From Lachnospiraceae bacterium (GTDB taxonomy: Bacteria > Bacillota > Clostridia > Lachnospirales > Lachnospiraceae), in contig JAZQNS010000008.1 in NCBI GenBank assembly GCA_045627425.1, positions 5,775 to 69,774 of the forward strand: a stretch of 64,000 nucleotides of DNA, given 5' to 3'. Positions 20,601-29,231 of the stretch are shown piece by piece. How positions within the stretch are numbered: position 1 is the first letter of the stretch; the number at the start of each line of letters is the position of its first letter. A program made the position numbers and the translations under genes. The notes under the pieces are model-generated. The model made no database searches. It worked only from the letters and a program-made list of their open reading frames with translations, and had not been told where the DNA came from.

Positions 20601-22362
20601 TTGTAAGACAGGTGTCGTTGGCCTTTAAGCATGGCTCAATATCCAGAACATTCACTGTTGCGTCCCAGCTTCTGTTCCTCATGTTTCCATAATTGATTAT
20701 GTACTCTACCGCTATTGCTCTGGTAATGTTTCTGTCAAAACATATGTCGTCTGTAGAAAACTCACTCATATATAAAGAGTTCTCGTGGTTTATGTACTCA
20801 GCAATTTCAGAAAAACCTGCATCTCTTGCAGATGACAGGAAGTTTGCCTCACTTGTTCCATTGGCAAAACTCTCTGTAGCAAAAAGTTTGATAATGTCGG
20901 ATGTAACAAAGACATTTTTAACAACATAGTTTCCATCAGAGTCCTTAGACGGCAGGTCTTTAAGCTTATCATTTATAGTGCCATTCTTAACAATAAGAGG
21001 CATAAGCTCACTGCCGTAGCATCTGTCTAATATCTTGTTTAAAAGAATTGTATTAAAGGATTTAGTATTTGCATTTATATATATTAAATCCGCATTTTCA
21101 ATGTCAGATTCTTTTAAATCCTTTATCAGAACAGTTTTAACTGACACATTAATCTCATTAATGTTATCTCCGGAAAGGCCCGCATTTACAACCTCTCTCA
21201 CAAATAGGTCCCTGTTATGGATACCGCCAGTGTAGTATACCTTCGAAACCATTATTCCCAGATCAGGGTATGAATTAGCCTGTTGCTTTAAAACATAACC
21301 ACCCTTTCCAGCTAATACCTCAATGTAATATGGCTCTCCATTTAAGACGAAATTGCTTCCACTTACGTATGGATTCTCCGGATCAAGAGCACCTGCTCTG
21401 TACTCTCCTAAACCATCAGGCTTAAAGCTTACAGTTTTTACACTGTATTCACCCTTTACATCGTAGATAAAGTTTACCAGGTAATAACGCTTGTTGGAAA
21501 AGTCTAAGCTGCTGTTATCTGCCTTAAGGGCATCATAACACTCCTTAAGACTTGATACGTACTTAAGGTGTTTATCAGCCTCATCTTCATCTCCTCGGTC
21601 CGCAGAATATACAGCAAAACTACCCTCGGAGTTGTTTGATTCATAGTATTCAGTAAAAGCAGTTTTAGACCTGAAAGTCTTATAAATTTCCGCCGAATAA
21701 GTGCTTCCGCTTCCACTATTCTTTTCAAATATCAGAGAATAATATACACCATTCTTCGATGTATCCCTCTCATAATATGCTACATTCTCATTGGTGTTGC
21801 CGCTGCCGTCGCTCTTTGGAATAAGTTCATAATGCTTCTGGTAATTGCCACCGCTTTCTGGAGTCATGACATATCCATAGAAGGATGTCTTTGCTACCAA
21901 TTCCTGCCTCTTAAGGGTAATTTCCTGATAGTCTGCAGAAGGGGTTTTCTGACTCTCTAAATAACATTCTGAATAGGTGCTGAAGGATAAAGCCTTATCA
22001 CTACCTATATAAGCACTATATTTGTTATTTAAAGCTGTCATATATGCATTTCTCTCTGATGCGCCAGTCTTTGCTGAAAGCTCCTCTTTCCAGTTACTAT
22101 AGGAGGAATCCACATACATAGGTTCCTCTCCATCAACAAGAAATCCAATGCTTGCATCTTCTATATTTGCAACAATCTCAAGAATGTTATATGGATTATC
22201 TGAAGAGTTCTCCGAAACAAGAGCAGACATGCCACTGAAAGGCTTCTGAGCATATGTGGCCGTGGAAGTCTTTTTCTCAAGCAAATAAATGCCCGTAAGC
22301 ATAAGGCTTACCGCCAGCAAAAAAGCAAGTATTCTCTTTCCGTAATCTCTGATTCTTTTCAT
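17668..22362 (-). CDS. very large (1564 aa) secreted or membrane-anchored protein of unknown function; terminal gene of the type IV pilus cluster
   Basis: It is the longest ORF in the window, with its ATG at 22362, 8 nt after the last pseudopilin gene. It has a Sec-type N-terminal signal/anchor (ILAFLLAVSLMLTGIYLL..ATYAQK). There is no prepilin G/F site and no LPXTG. The stop overlaps the rsmE ATG. Confidence 0.85.
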   Translation of the reverse strand: MKRIRDYGKRILAFLLAVSLMLTGIYLLEKKTSTATYAQKPFSGMSALVSENSSDNPYNILEIVANIEDASIGFLVDGEEPMYVDSSYSNWKEELSAKTGASERNAYMTALNNKYSAYIGSDKALSFSTYSECYLESQKTPSADYQEITLKRQELVAKTSFYGYVMTPESGGNYQKHYELIPKSDGSGNTNENVAYYERDTSKNGVYYSLIFEKNSGSGSTYSAEIYKTFRSKTAFTEYYESNNSEGSFAVYSADRGDEDEADKHLKYVSSLKECYDALKADNSSLDFSNKRYYLVNFIYDVKGEYSVKTVSFKPDGLGEYRAGALDPENPYVSGSNFVLNGEPYYIEVLAGKGGYVLKQQANSYPDLGIMVSKVYYTGGIHNRDLFVREVVNAGLSGDNINEINVSVKTVLIKDLKESDIENADLIYINANTKSFNTILLNKILDRCYGSELMPLIVKNGTINDKLKDLPSKDSDGNYVVKNVFVTSDIIKLFATESFANGTSEANFLSSARDAGFSEIAEYINHENSLYMSEFSTDDICFDRNITRAIAVEYIINYGNMRNRSWDATVNVLDIEPCLKANDTCLTKEAVAKWFSTAGYEVKSITVTTVSTAELNGRIEDLSNYDMIYFGDNTSAFNKDSNGKTVYNDPNMDGLIYSNVGDIIVINTSGDPLYHAGLLDTDYQTDWLGRKTVTGSLTQRSNTDTNKYVKDNKGEYIYLDGKYYTCKASDDIYYLYEEGQTESVYQQIISQYRTAFTYKSGDYYYIEYKVGNRWGIGWTSKRYGMTRSRYNSLQKYSRNTSTNDKYLSGYQTYRYSGNDITDEKLLAIEKYVGAGFPVVVADSLTDSGLVNTNTVDNCSNMYRLVSTLLNEKSVFALSMVKNVSEKEAGPKIGELYTYVQTTVPEITILSQNVAGENYMEVDNHKLSIDFILTNPGAGDESITYDVDLLLDINSDGKFSSTGEVVGDNDVLLVGNGKLLSPVKDKTGDGYHFVLSTGVNYTLSYKIADEVFGIIPWKILITQNTGNENRYDSAVGYGHIDAGDDLQEVSIIQVMSSRNNNFDMESELRNNGAFSGYFDRIDKSNQTYVVAEIADFKLKINSISAADYLGIVQSDSKAEVPGLKFLEGYDMLISGFDDMYQLGKDSNDTVKKAVYAFAAYAEKGNSVLFTHDNTSFCNYQSNHWGYYFNCLIRDCSGMDRYGITLNNSNLEYSAKGIGTNVLKKGSIINQNSADYATAQSFADSNSKDLAYEPKSGKSVIVKQQQGFTTIDLNNQSIKSNTYNKYYHTNATTNVTSVAQVNSGQITSYPYDIDSDSLQSVSETHAQYYQLDLNEDEDLDGMSDIVVWYTLATGEYDRAVKDVRNNYYIYTKGNITYSGVGHSAINTEFEFKLYINTMIAAYSVGNKAPGITVSEEATASIALKTLYVSYDESYGQENPIDVFSGTETLYYKIQDNNYNTGKKVFWAEFYIAANKNEKGAVEIIPGSGVYGILLKDAVGKKGRQENLNSGLVYTFNLDLNQFNNAKYDEFTIYVIAGGSIDGVELPTSEIGSCTFNIQKVGLGDLD

Positions 22363-22370
22363 TAATACTC

Positions 22371-22847
22371 CTAAAACTCCAGATCTTTATAATTTCTAAG
22401 AGTTACAACATCCGTAATTTCTGCCTCTCTTTTATCCCTCTTCATGGTAAGACCAATACTAACTCTACCTTTTGTCTCATCAACAGTGGCATGAAAGGAA
22501 GTGACATATTCTGAAAGCACCGATGTCTCACTATTTCCCGCCTTTATCTTGGTCAGATAAATAATACAGGCATCCGGATCATAGCTAATCTCATAAATAA
22601 CATCATTATTCTCCACCAAAAGACTGTTTGCTCCCTGTTTTTTAACGGATTTATTGGCATCTACTACGAGGTCATGAATCTGGTTTATTGCAAGCTGGGC
22701 TTCAAACTGAAGTTCCGTCTCGCTTGAAACATTTTTGTAAGAGCCTGTGGAAGTCATAAGAAAGGTCACCACAAGCACAGCAATTACCGCAAGAATTGCC
22801 ACAGCAATAACCAGCTCAATTAAAGAAAATCCCCTGTTATCCCTCAT
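22371..22847 (-). CDS. prepilin-type N-terminal cleavage/methylation domain protein (minor pilin)
   Basis: The N-terminus MRDNRG/FSLIELVIAVAILAVIAV is a class III signal with Glu at +5. Confidence 0.85.
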   Translation of the reverse strand: MRDNRGFSLIELVIAVAILAVIAVLVVTFLMTSTGSYKNVSSETELQFEAQLAINQIHDLVVDANKSVKKQGANSLLVENNDVIYEISYDPDACIIYLTKIKAGNSETSVLSEYVTSFHATVDETKGRVSIGLTMKRDKREAEITDVVTLRNYKDLEF

Positions 22848-22859
22848 TTCTCTCTCCTG

Positions 22860-23318
22860 CTAATTAGTGATAAGTTTTCCCGTTTCCGGGAAAAGCTTTA
22901 TTCTATATGTTTTATTTCCCTGAGTGACCGTAAACTCATCAACTGTATAGTTTATTAGCGACCCCGACTCTCTGTTAAAGGTAAAAACCAGCTTAGTGAT
23001 CAAATTACCCGAAGCATCCTTAAGAACCACTGAGTTTTTGCCAATTCTTGTTGAAGTGGTTTCAATGGTTCCATCAGCACTCTCATTTTTTAATTCAGAG
23101 TAAATACCTGAGCTGTCAGCACTAATAGTCAGACTTGTATTTACATAGCTAAGGGACATTGCCCTCGCACGGTTATACTCAGATTCAAAGTTCTCCGAGA
23201 ACTCTTTTGCATAAAAACCGGTTAGTGTTGTTACTCCAATTCCCGCTGAAACGGTCAGCACCGCAATAATTGCAAGTACAATAATAACCTCCACCATAGA
23301 AAAACCCTTATTATTCAT
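22860..23318 (-). CDS. prepilin-type N-terminal cleavage/methylation domain protein (minor pilin)
   Basis: The N-terminus MNNKG/FSMVEVIIVLAIIAVL is a class III signal with Glu at +5. Confidence 0.85.
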   Translation of the reverse strand: MNNKGFSMVEVIIVLAIIAVLTVSAGIGVTTLTGFYAKEFSENFESEYNRARAMSLSYVNTSLTISADSSGIYSELKNESADGTIETTSTRIGKNSVVLKDASGNLITKLVFTFNRESGSLINYTVDEFTVTQGNKTYRIKLFPETGKLITN

Positions 23319-23326
23319 AAGACCTC

Positions 23327-25357
23327 CTACTTTTTGTTGTAGTTGCTATAGCTGATAAGATTTCTGTACTCTGTATCATCAATTGGAAGCTCCTCGCTTG
23401 CGGCAAAGTTTAAACCATCTGTAAAGAGTTCCTTTAAATCATCATTATCTCTTAAGAGCCTCGTAATAGTATTTCCTGCAGGTGGTCTCAGACTTGTTCT
23501 TCCCTTTATGGTTAAGCTTCCCCTGCATATAATAATTCCTGTGTAATCACTGCTAATAGTGACATTTCCCTTGGCAATAATCATGGAAACGTCCCCTCCC
23601 TGATAGTCATAGTTTCCATCAGTGACAATAGCCTTAACACCATTGCTCTCATAAGTCAGGGTGGTATTAGCACGAATTCTTTCAGTCTTTATAATCTTAT
23701 TAAAGAGAATCTCACTGTTATCCCTGTCATCCTTATTCATGGATGCAGATAAACCGGCAAAATCACTTGCTATTTTTGCTGTATCTTCAGCAGCAACATT
23801 AAGCTCTCTGTAGCTTCCATCTGATATGTAGAAATCTCCAGGGGCATAGACATTTGTTGAGGTTCCAGCATCTGTTCCAAACTTAAAAGCTGAAAGGTAA
23901 TACTGAAAATAACTGTCTAATCTTGCCTTGTTGCTTTCACTTGCATTGTAAAAGGCCTTATAGTATTCTTCCGCTCTCTCACCCGAAAGAGATACGAAGA
24001 AGTATATAAGGTTGCCATTGTCTGATACTCTTATAGAAATGTCTTCTCTGTTAATTCCCAGTGATGCCAGGTTTCCAGAAAGCTTTGCAGTGACAACGGA
24101 TAAGTCTACCAAATCCTGATAGCCTGAAACATTGCCTAAAATACTAGCATATTCCGTGGCAGTTAATGGATTCTTAAACTCATACCTAATGCACTCTGAA
24201 GGAACAAGATAGGCTACCTGATTACCCTTAATGGCGATGGAATCCTTAAGCTGTACACTTGTCTGTCCAACGTATCCATATCCGCCGAGGTAAAGCTCAG
24301 ACAGATCCGTAAAATCAAGACTGGTGTTCTTGCCGTTTATAATAATTGCAGAGCTATTCTCTGCTCTACCGTTAACCTGACTATAGTTAGAATACCCCAC
24401 ATATCTGCCAGAAATAGCCACCTCAGAGGATGTACCGTTCACTGTCAAATCATCCTTCACATAGGTGGTACCCTGAAGGGTCAATAAACCTCCATTTGCA
24501 ACAATATTCTTGCTGTAAAAGGTAGAGCCGGATTTAACTCTAAGGCTTGTGTTAGATTTCACATTGACACTTGGAGTCCTGTTTAATCTGCTCTCGCCTG
24601 TAGAAATAAAGAGGTCTGAATCTACAGTTAAACTACTTCCATTCTCTAAGAGTAATGAAAGATCGTCAGTTACACTTCCAAGAAGGCTCTTGTCTCCCGC
24701 ATAAATTTTGCCTGTAAGACTAACCTCAGCGCCTGCGTCTACAATTATTCCACTGTTGGCAATAACTGCCGCTGTATAATAGCCAGAAGCTCGAACAGTG
24801 TCCTTCTCGTTTAAAGGTGGTGTTGATATCTTTAAATCCGTCTCAATGATTGAAGTAATGCCGTCTTTAGTAAAAGAAACTCTGATTCCCTTTAATATAA
24901 CGTAGTCCCCATCTCTGATAAGATCTGCCTCACTAAGAGGGGTTGTCTCTGTGATTTCCGTCATGCTTAAAAGACTGCTGTCAACATAGTCTGTGAGAGT
25001 GGAAAGCTTGTATCTCTGATCATTCTGGTCAGATTTAAGGCTGTCCATCAGATGCTTGGCAAAGGCATCAGTATATTTTGCCTGTCTAGTGGCAGACTCT
25101 GTTCCAATATACCAGACCATTGTATCTGCATAGGCATCTGCATAGGCCTTGGAAATCTGATTGGCAAGGCCCGCAGTGATTTCATCTAGGACATTCTCAG
25201 CAGAGTAAAAGTTTCCCTTTAACTCTGCATTGTTGTTCTTCATTTTAAAGTTAATTAAGGTCATTGAAAGCGCAAGGGTACCAAGGATGGCAACTATTGT
25301 TACCACCACCAGTGTAAGCACTATGGTTGAGCCTCTATTATCCTTAAAAAAAATCAA
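23327..25357 (-). CDS. large PilX/GspK-like minor pilin-type protein (676 aa) without Glu+5
   Basis: The N-terminus FFKDNRGSTIVLTLVVVTIVAILGTLAL is a pilin-like hydrophobic helix with no Glu5. The TTG start at 25357 overlaps the upstream TGA, with a GGAGG RBS 9 nt upstream. The body has repetitive beta-strand-like patterns. Confidence 0.7.
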   Translation of the reverse strand: MIFFKDNRGSTIVLTLVVVTIVAILGTLALSMTLINFKMKNNNAELKGNFYSAENVLDEITAGLANQISKAYADAYADTMVWYIGTESATRQAKYTDAFAKHLMDSLKSDQNDQRYKLSTLTDYVDSSLLSMTEITETTPLSEADLIRDGDYVILKGIRVSFTKDGITSIIETDLKISTPPLNEKDTVRASGYYTAAVIANSGIIVDAGAEVSLTGKIYAGDKSLLGSVTDDLSLLLENGSSLTVDSDLFISTGESRLNRTPSVNVKSNTSLRVKSGSTFYSKNIVANGGLLTLQGTTYVKDDLTVNGTSSEVAISGRYVGYSNYSQVNGRAENSSAIIINGKNTSLDFTDLSELYLGGYGYVGQTSVQLKDSIAIKGNQVAYLVPSECIRYEFKNPLTATEYASILGNVSGYQDLVDLSVVTAKLSGNLASLGINREDISIRVSDNGNLIYFFVSLSGERAEEYYKAFYNASESNKARLDSYFQYYLSAFKFGTDAGTSTNVYAPGDFYISDGSYRELNVAAEDTAKIASDFAGLSASMNKDDRDNSEILFNKIIKTERIRANTTLTYESNGVKAIVTDGNYDYQGGDVSMIIAKGNVTISSDYTGIIICRGSLTIKGRTSLRPPAGNTITRLLRDNDDLKELFTDGLNFAASEELPIDDTEYRNLISYSNYNKK

Positions 25358-26811
25358 TCCTTAAGACCTCCGGTAATTGCATATATGTAGTCGTCAGAGG
25401 AAATGGAAGATAGATCCAGCTCCGCTAATCCGTTTTTAGGCAAAATGTAAACAGTCACATTATAGAGTCTTGGCTTTTGTGAGCCCTCAAGGGTGTCTGT
25501 CAGTCCACGTATTCCCATAGCTGTTTTAACCGCTTGTTGGGACGCATTATTATTGTACTGGTACTCTGCCTGAAGTGGCGCCTCATTTCCTGATATAAGG
25601 TTAGTGCCAAGGTTAGTTAATATTGAAAGTCTGGTTATCTTTTTGCTAGCCCCGTTAATCCTTGTCGAGCCCTCTCTAACAACAACCTCTGCAGAATATC
25701 TGCCTTCAAGGTTTCTTATACTTGCATCATCATAGGCATTTACAGGATATCTCTGCTTAATAATGTGTAAGTCAGCATAAGCCAGGGAAGTATTATTCAC
25801 ATAGATATAATCCTTACAATCAATATAGTTCGATGCATACCATGGATAATACATAAGGTATATGTTAGAAAGACTGTCGCCGTTATAAATCTCAGTTGTA
25901 TACCTGCTTTTAAGTGAATCGTTATCTCCAGGAAGAAGATAGGTTTCCCCATCATACTTAAGCTTGTAGGAATATGACACCGTAACCAGTGTGTTACCCG
26001 AGTAGGATACTATTCCTGGATAAGCCTGACTCGCAGGCACAATGTCTATAATTATACTTCTCTCCATATCATCTCGCAGGATTTCTTCCCTCATTACAGA
26101 GTCGAAGGTAGCATTATTATCTCCAGCATCGATTTTTCCAGAAAGAATAAGGGAAATCTTGGAGGAAAGTTCCTCGTTAGCGTTAACCATCTCCTGAACT
26201 ATGTCTAAAGAATAGTCATCAAAAGCTGAAACTCCATCTGTGGAATCCTTTATTGCATTAATATCTGATATTGCACCATTATATAAATCTATTGTCTTTC
26301 CATGAGCATCTGTAACTATTTTGCCATCATTTCTGCTAACAGAAAGTAATGCGGTATAGTCGTTTCCAGTGGCTTTAATATTCTTTAGGGCAAAATAATA
26401 CTTGTCATCATCATTTCCAAGGAAGGTGTATCCAGTAACCTTTAAGTTTCCACCTGCATCTGTCTCTGTAATCTCCATGGCAGAATGAACAAGACTTTTG
26501 TCTTCCTTAAGCTCACTTAAGTCTCCCTCAGTTATATTTAAAGCATCTCTTATAGAGCTTCCATATCCGAAATCACACTCAATGGTAAGGTTTGAAAGGC
26601 TGGTATCAACCAGGGTCTCCATAAGGTTTTCGGCTATATCCGTGGCCTGTAAAAGCTGTCTTGCCTTGGTGTTTGTTCTGGTGGAAATAACAAAGGCCAT
26701 AAGAAGGGGAGCTACCACCACAGCAAGTATAGCTACTGCGATTAGTAACTCTATAAGGGTAAAACCACTGTTCTTAGATTCTTTAAATTTAAGAAACTCC
26801 TTATCAGTCAT
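25354..26811 (-). CDS. large prepilin-type minor pilin (485 aa)
   Basis: The ATG at 26811 gives MTDKEFLKFKESKNSG/FTLIELLIAVAILAVVVAPL. It overlaps the pilO stop by 8 nt. The longer ORF to 26919 lies inside pilO and is unlikely. Confidence 0.8.
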   Translation of the reverse strand: MTDKEFLKFKESKNSGFTLIELLIAVAILAVVVAPLLMAFVISTRTNTKARQLLQATDIAENLMETLVDTSLSNLTIECDFGYGSSIRDALNITEGDLSELKEDKSLVHSAMEITETDAGGNLKVTGYTFLGNDDDKYYFALKNIKATGNDYTALLSVSRNDGKIVTDAHGKTIDLYNGAISDINAIKDSTDGVSAFDDYSLDIVQEMVNANEELSSKISLILSGKIDAGDNNATFDSVMREEILRDDMERSIIIDIVPASQAYPGIVSYSGNTLVTVSYSYKLKYDGETYLLPGDNDSLKSRYTTEIYNGDSLSNIYLMYYPWYASNYIDCKDYIYVNNTSLAYADLHIIKQRYPVNAYDDASIRNLEGRYSAEVVVREGSTRINGASKKITRLSILTNLGTNLISGNEAPLQAEYQYNNNASQQAVKTAMGIRGLTDTLEGSQKPRLYNVTVYILPKNGLAELDLSSISSDDYIYAITGGLKD

Positions 26812-27514
26812 TATTTCCTTCCGTTTCGCCAAATATATCCTCCTGACCTGATGGCACATAGCCTGGATATGGAGCGATATAATTCTTATCTGTCTGGTTC
26901 TCAAGATAATAGGAATCATAGTTTAAGGTTCCCATTAAAAGGCCTGTTTCCTCATCTAGAGAAACATAGAGACCAGTGAGACCTCTCTTGTCTTTTGTCA
27001 CCAAAAGGCTGTTAATCACATTTCTAAGCTCCTTGTAGGAAAGCTCGAAATCTATGCTTGTGCTCACATAATAGAGTGGGTATGGAGCATAGATTACCTC
27101 TTCGTCATTTTCCGAAGCAGTTTTCCTGGCATCTGAATATTCGGGAGCACCATAGTCTTTAGAGAGTTCTGTGAGGACTGGATCATCACAAAGGATGGAA
27201 GAAATATAACCATCATCTATATGCTCTAACTCCACGGCCTTCATAATCTCATTTTCCGGATATACACACACTGGATATCTAGCAAGAATAATACCTATAT
27301 TCTGCTGCAATTCGAGGGTCTCATTCTGATATAACTCTGCACTGTCAGCATATGCCTGTAAGGTATTTGCTTCAGCGGTAAGCCTCATATTCTCAATTAC
27401 AAGCTCATCGCATTTTGCAGTCATTGGTTTGAAGACAAAGAAATAGCACAGGGCCAGTATTAAAGCTCCAGAGAGGAGTAATAGTGTATTCTTATCTTTA
27501 TTTGATAGTTTCAT
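26804..27514 (-). CDS. pilO: type IV pilus assembly protein PilO-like
   Basis: The 236-aa ORF has an N-terminal TM segment (LLLLSGALILALCYFFVF) followed by a coiled coil. Its position after pilMN fits. Confidence 0.65.
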   Translation of the reverse strand: MKLSNKDKNTLLLLSGALILALCYFFVFKPMTAKCDELVIENMRLTAEANTLQAYADSAELYQNETLELQQNIGIILARYPVCVYPENEIMKAVELEHIDDGYISSILCDDPVLTELSKDYGAPEYSDARKTASENDEEVIYAPYPLYYVSTSIDFELSYKELRNVINSLLVTKDKRGLTGLYVSLDEETGLLMGTLNYDSYYLENQTDKNYIAPYPGYVPSGQEDIFGETEGNND

Positions 27515-27523
27515 ATTTACCTC

Positions 27524-29146
27524 CTACTCTGCTGCTTCCTCACTGGCTTCATTCTTAAAGCCAATGGTTATTGTAAAAGTAACTTTATGATTACCGTTTT
27601 CATCAACTGTATCATCCACTGCGGAAATACTGGTTATTGGAAACTCGCTTCTAAGACTTGTAATAAAAGCTGTAGCCTCAGTTTTGTTTTTCATGGAGAA
27701 TTCTATCTCCATATCCTCACTTGTGGAACTAAAAGTGGATATATAGGCCTTTTCAGGCATAATTTCTGAAAGTTTATCGAAAACCTCAATCAGACTGTTG
27801 TTGTTTGTTTCCGTAGCTTCCTCAACCATGCTCAAATAATCGTAACACTCCTTAGCCTCAGCGTATTCAATATAGGCATCCTTGGCATACTGAAGACTCA
27901 AAACCCTTTTTTGAAGTTCTCTGTTCTCCGCATGAATATTAAAATAACTAATAATAGAATACAGAGCAAGTGCCAATCCAAAGACTCCTAAGAAAGCCGC
28001 AGCAATATGGACTTTTTTGAATCCAATTCGTTTCTCGTGCTCTTCTTCTTCCTTCTCGTTTCTAAGTAGTGGAATTGGATAAATCGTAGCACCTACAGGG
28101 GCAAAGAACTCAACCGGCATTCCATCATCAAGAAGATTACCTTTATCAAAGTTTACAGTGTTAATGTCATATGAAACTGAAATCTTAATCTGTAAAATCT
28201 GCCTAAACAGAGTAGCCAGATAGGGGAAATCAGCACCATATCCAATTAAGTGGAAAGCTTCAACAGGCTTATCAGGGTTCTTGCTAACATAGAAATCAAG
28301 GACCCTTGATAAGGACCCAATAAGCATTTCGAGAGAGTCTGACACTTTCTCTCTAAGCCTGCCAACTAGTTCGGGGTCAAAGCTAAAATCCCCTGTTTCT
28401 ACCTTGTCTTCCCCGTTATTATATAATGAGTCCGGAGCACTTTTTCTGGCCAGGCTTAATACTTCATAGGCAGTGTTTGCATCACCAAATACCTTGGAAT
28501 CAATTAGTTCTCCCAGGGCATCTGACAGTCCGTAAGGTATACTTCTCTGAAGCAAAACGCCCCCATCCTCAATGATAGTGACCATTGTAGCTGTATCATC
28601 GATCTTAATGGTTGCAGATATAGTCTCGTCAGAATACTCTTTGGTCATTATGTTTCTGATAGAGTTTCCAACATAATCAATGGCAACAATCTGAAAGCCC
28701 ATCTTTTCTGAGAATACCTTGTAGGACTCTGTAATGTCCTTAGGACAGGCGAGTAATGAAATTTTATCCTTACCATCCTTTGTCTGACCATTTTTTCCGA
28801 ATGTAAGGTCATACTGCTTTAAATCAACAGGAAAATACTCCTTGCTGTTATTCTTAATCATTTCGGCAAGAAGCTTGTCCTTCATTTTAGGTATTTCAAT
28901 CTCACGAGTGGCAATCCTTGCTGAATTTATGGTAAAAATAACTCGGTTAGTCCTAATTCCCCTGTCTCTAAGCTGTCCCTTAAGGGAAACTATAAATCTT
29001 TCATCTGGGATAATCTTTCCATCTGAAAATACTCCCTCTGGAGTCTCTAAGGAAAAGTGGTTATAAACTCTTATATTTTTGCCAGAGTCAGCCTCTACTA
29101 CCTTAGTCAGTAATTCTCCAATCTCAATACTTAAGACTTTTGCCAT
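27524..29146 (-). CDS. pilM: type IV pilus assembly PilM-PilN fusion protein
   Basis: The N-terminal ~370 aa are actin-like PilM (VLSIEIGELLTKVV...). A central TM segment follows (AAAFLGVFGLALALYSIISYF), then a PilN-like coiled region. The architecture matches clostridial PilMN. Confidence 0.75.
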   Translation of the reverse strand: MAKVLSIEIGELLTKVVEADSGKNIRVYNHFSLETPEGVFSDGKIIPDERFIVSLKGQLRDRGIRTNRVIFTINSARIATREIEIPKMKDKLLAEMIKNNSKEYFPVDLKQYDLTFGKNGQTKDGKDKISLLACPKDITESYKVFSEKMGFQIVAIDYVGNSIRNIMTKEYSDETISATIKIDDTATMVTIIEDGGVLLQRSIPYGLSDALGELIDSKVFGDANTAYEVLSLARKSAPDSLYNNGEDKVETGDFSFDPELVGRLREKVSDSLEMLIGSLSRVLDFYVSKNPDKPVEAFHLIGYGADFPYLATLFRQILQIKISVSYDINTVNFDKGNLLDDGMPVEFFAPVGATIYPIPLLRNEKEEEEHEKRIGFKKVHIAAAFLGVFGLALALYSIISYFNIHAENRELQKRVLSLQYAKDAYIEYAEAKECYDYLSMVEEATETNNNSLIEVFDKLSEIMPEKAYISTFSSTSEDMEIEFSMKNKTEATAFITSLRSEFPITSISAVDDTVDENGNHKVTFTITIGFKNEASEEAAE

Positions 29147-29171
29147 AAGTCAATCTCCTTAAATGTGTTTT

Positions 29172-29219
29172 TACCAAAGAGGATAAGGCAAAACCTGTTT
29201 TACCCTGTCCTCTCTGGTA
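29172..29219 (-). other. long intercistronic RNA hairpin between pilD and pilMN
   Basis: This is a 23-bp inverted repeat. In the minus (sense) transcript it forms 19 Watson-Crick pairs, 3 G:U pairs and 1 mismatch with a 2-nt loop. No U-tract follows. Confidence 0.55.
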
Positions 29220-29231
29220 AATTACCATAAT

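Noticed and set aside
26812-26919. The track shows a 36-codon N-terminal extension of the 485-aa pilin ORF.
   Set aside because: It lies inside the 3' end of pilO. The internal ATG at 26811 yields a canonical prepilin leader, whereas the extension would bury the class III signal.
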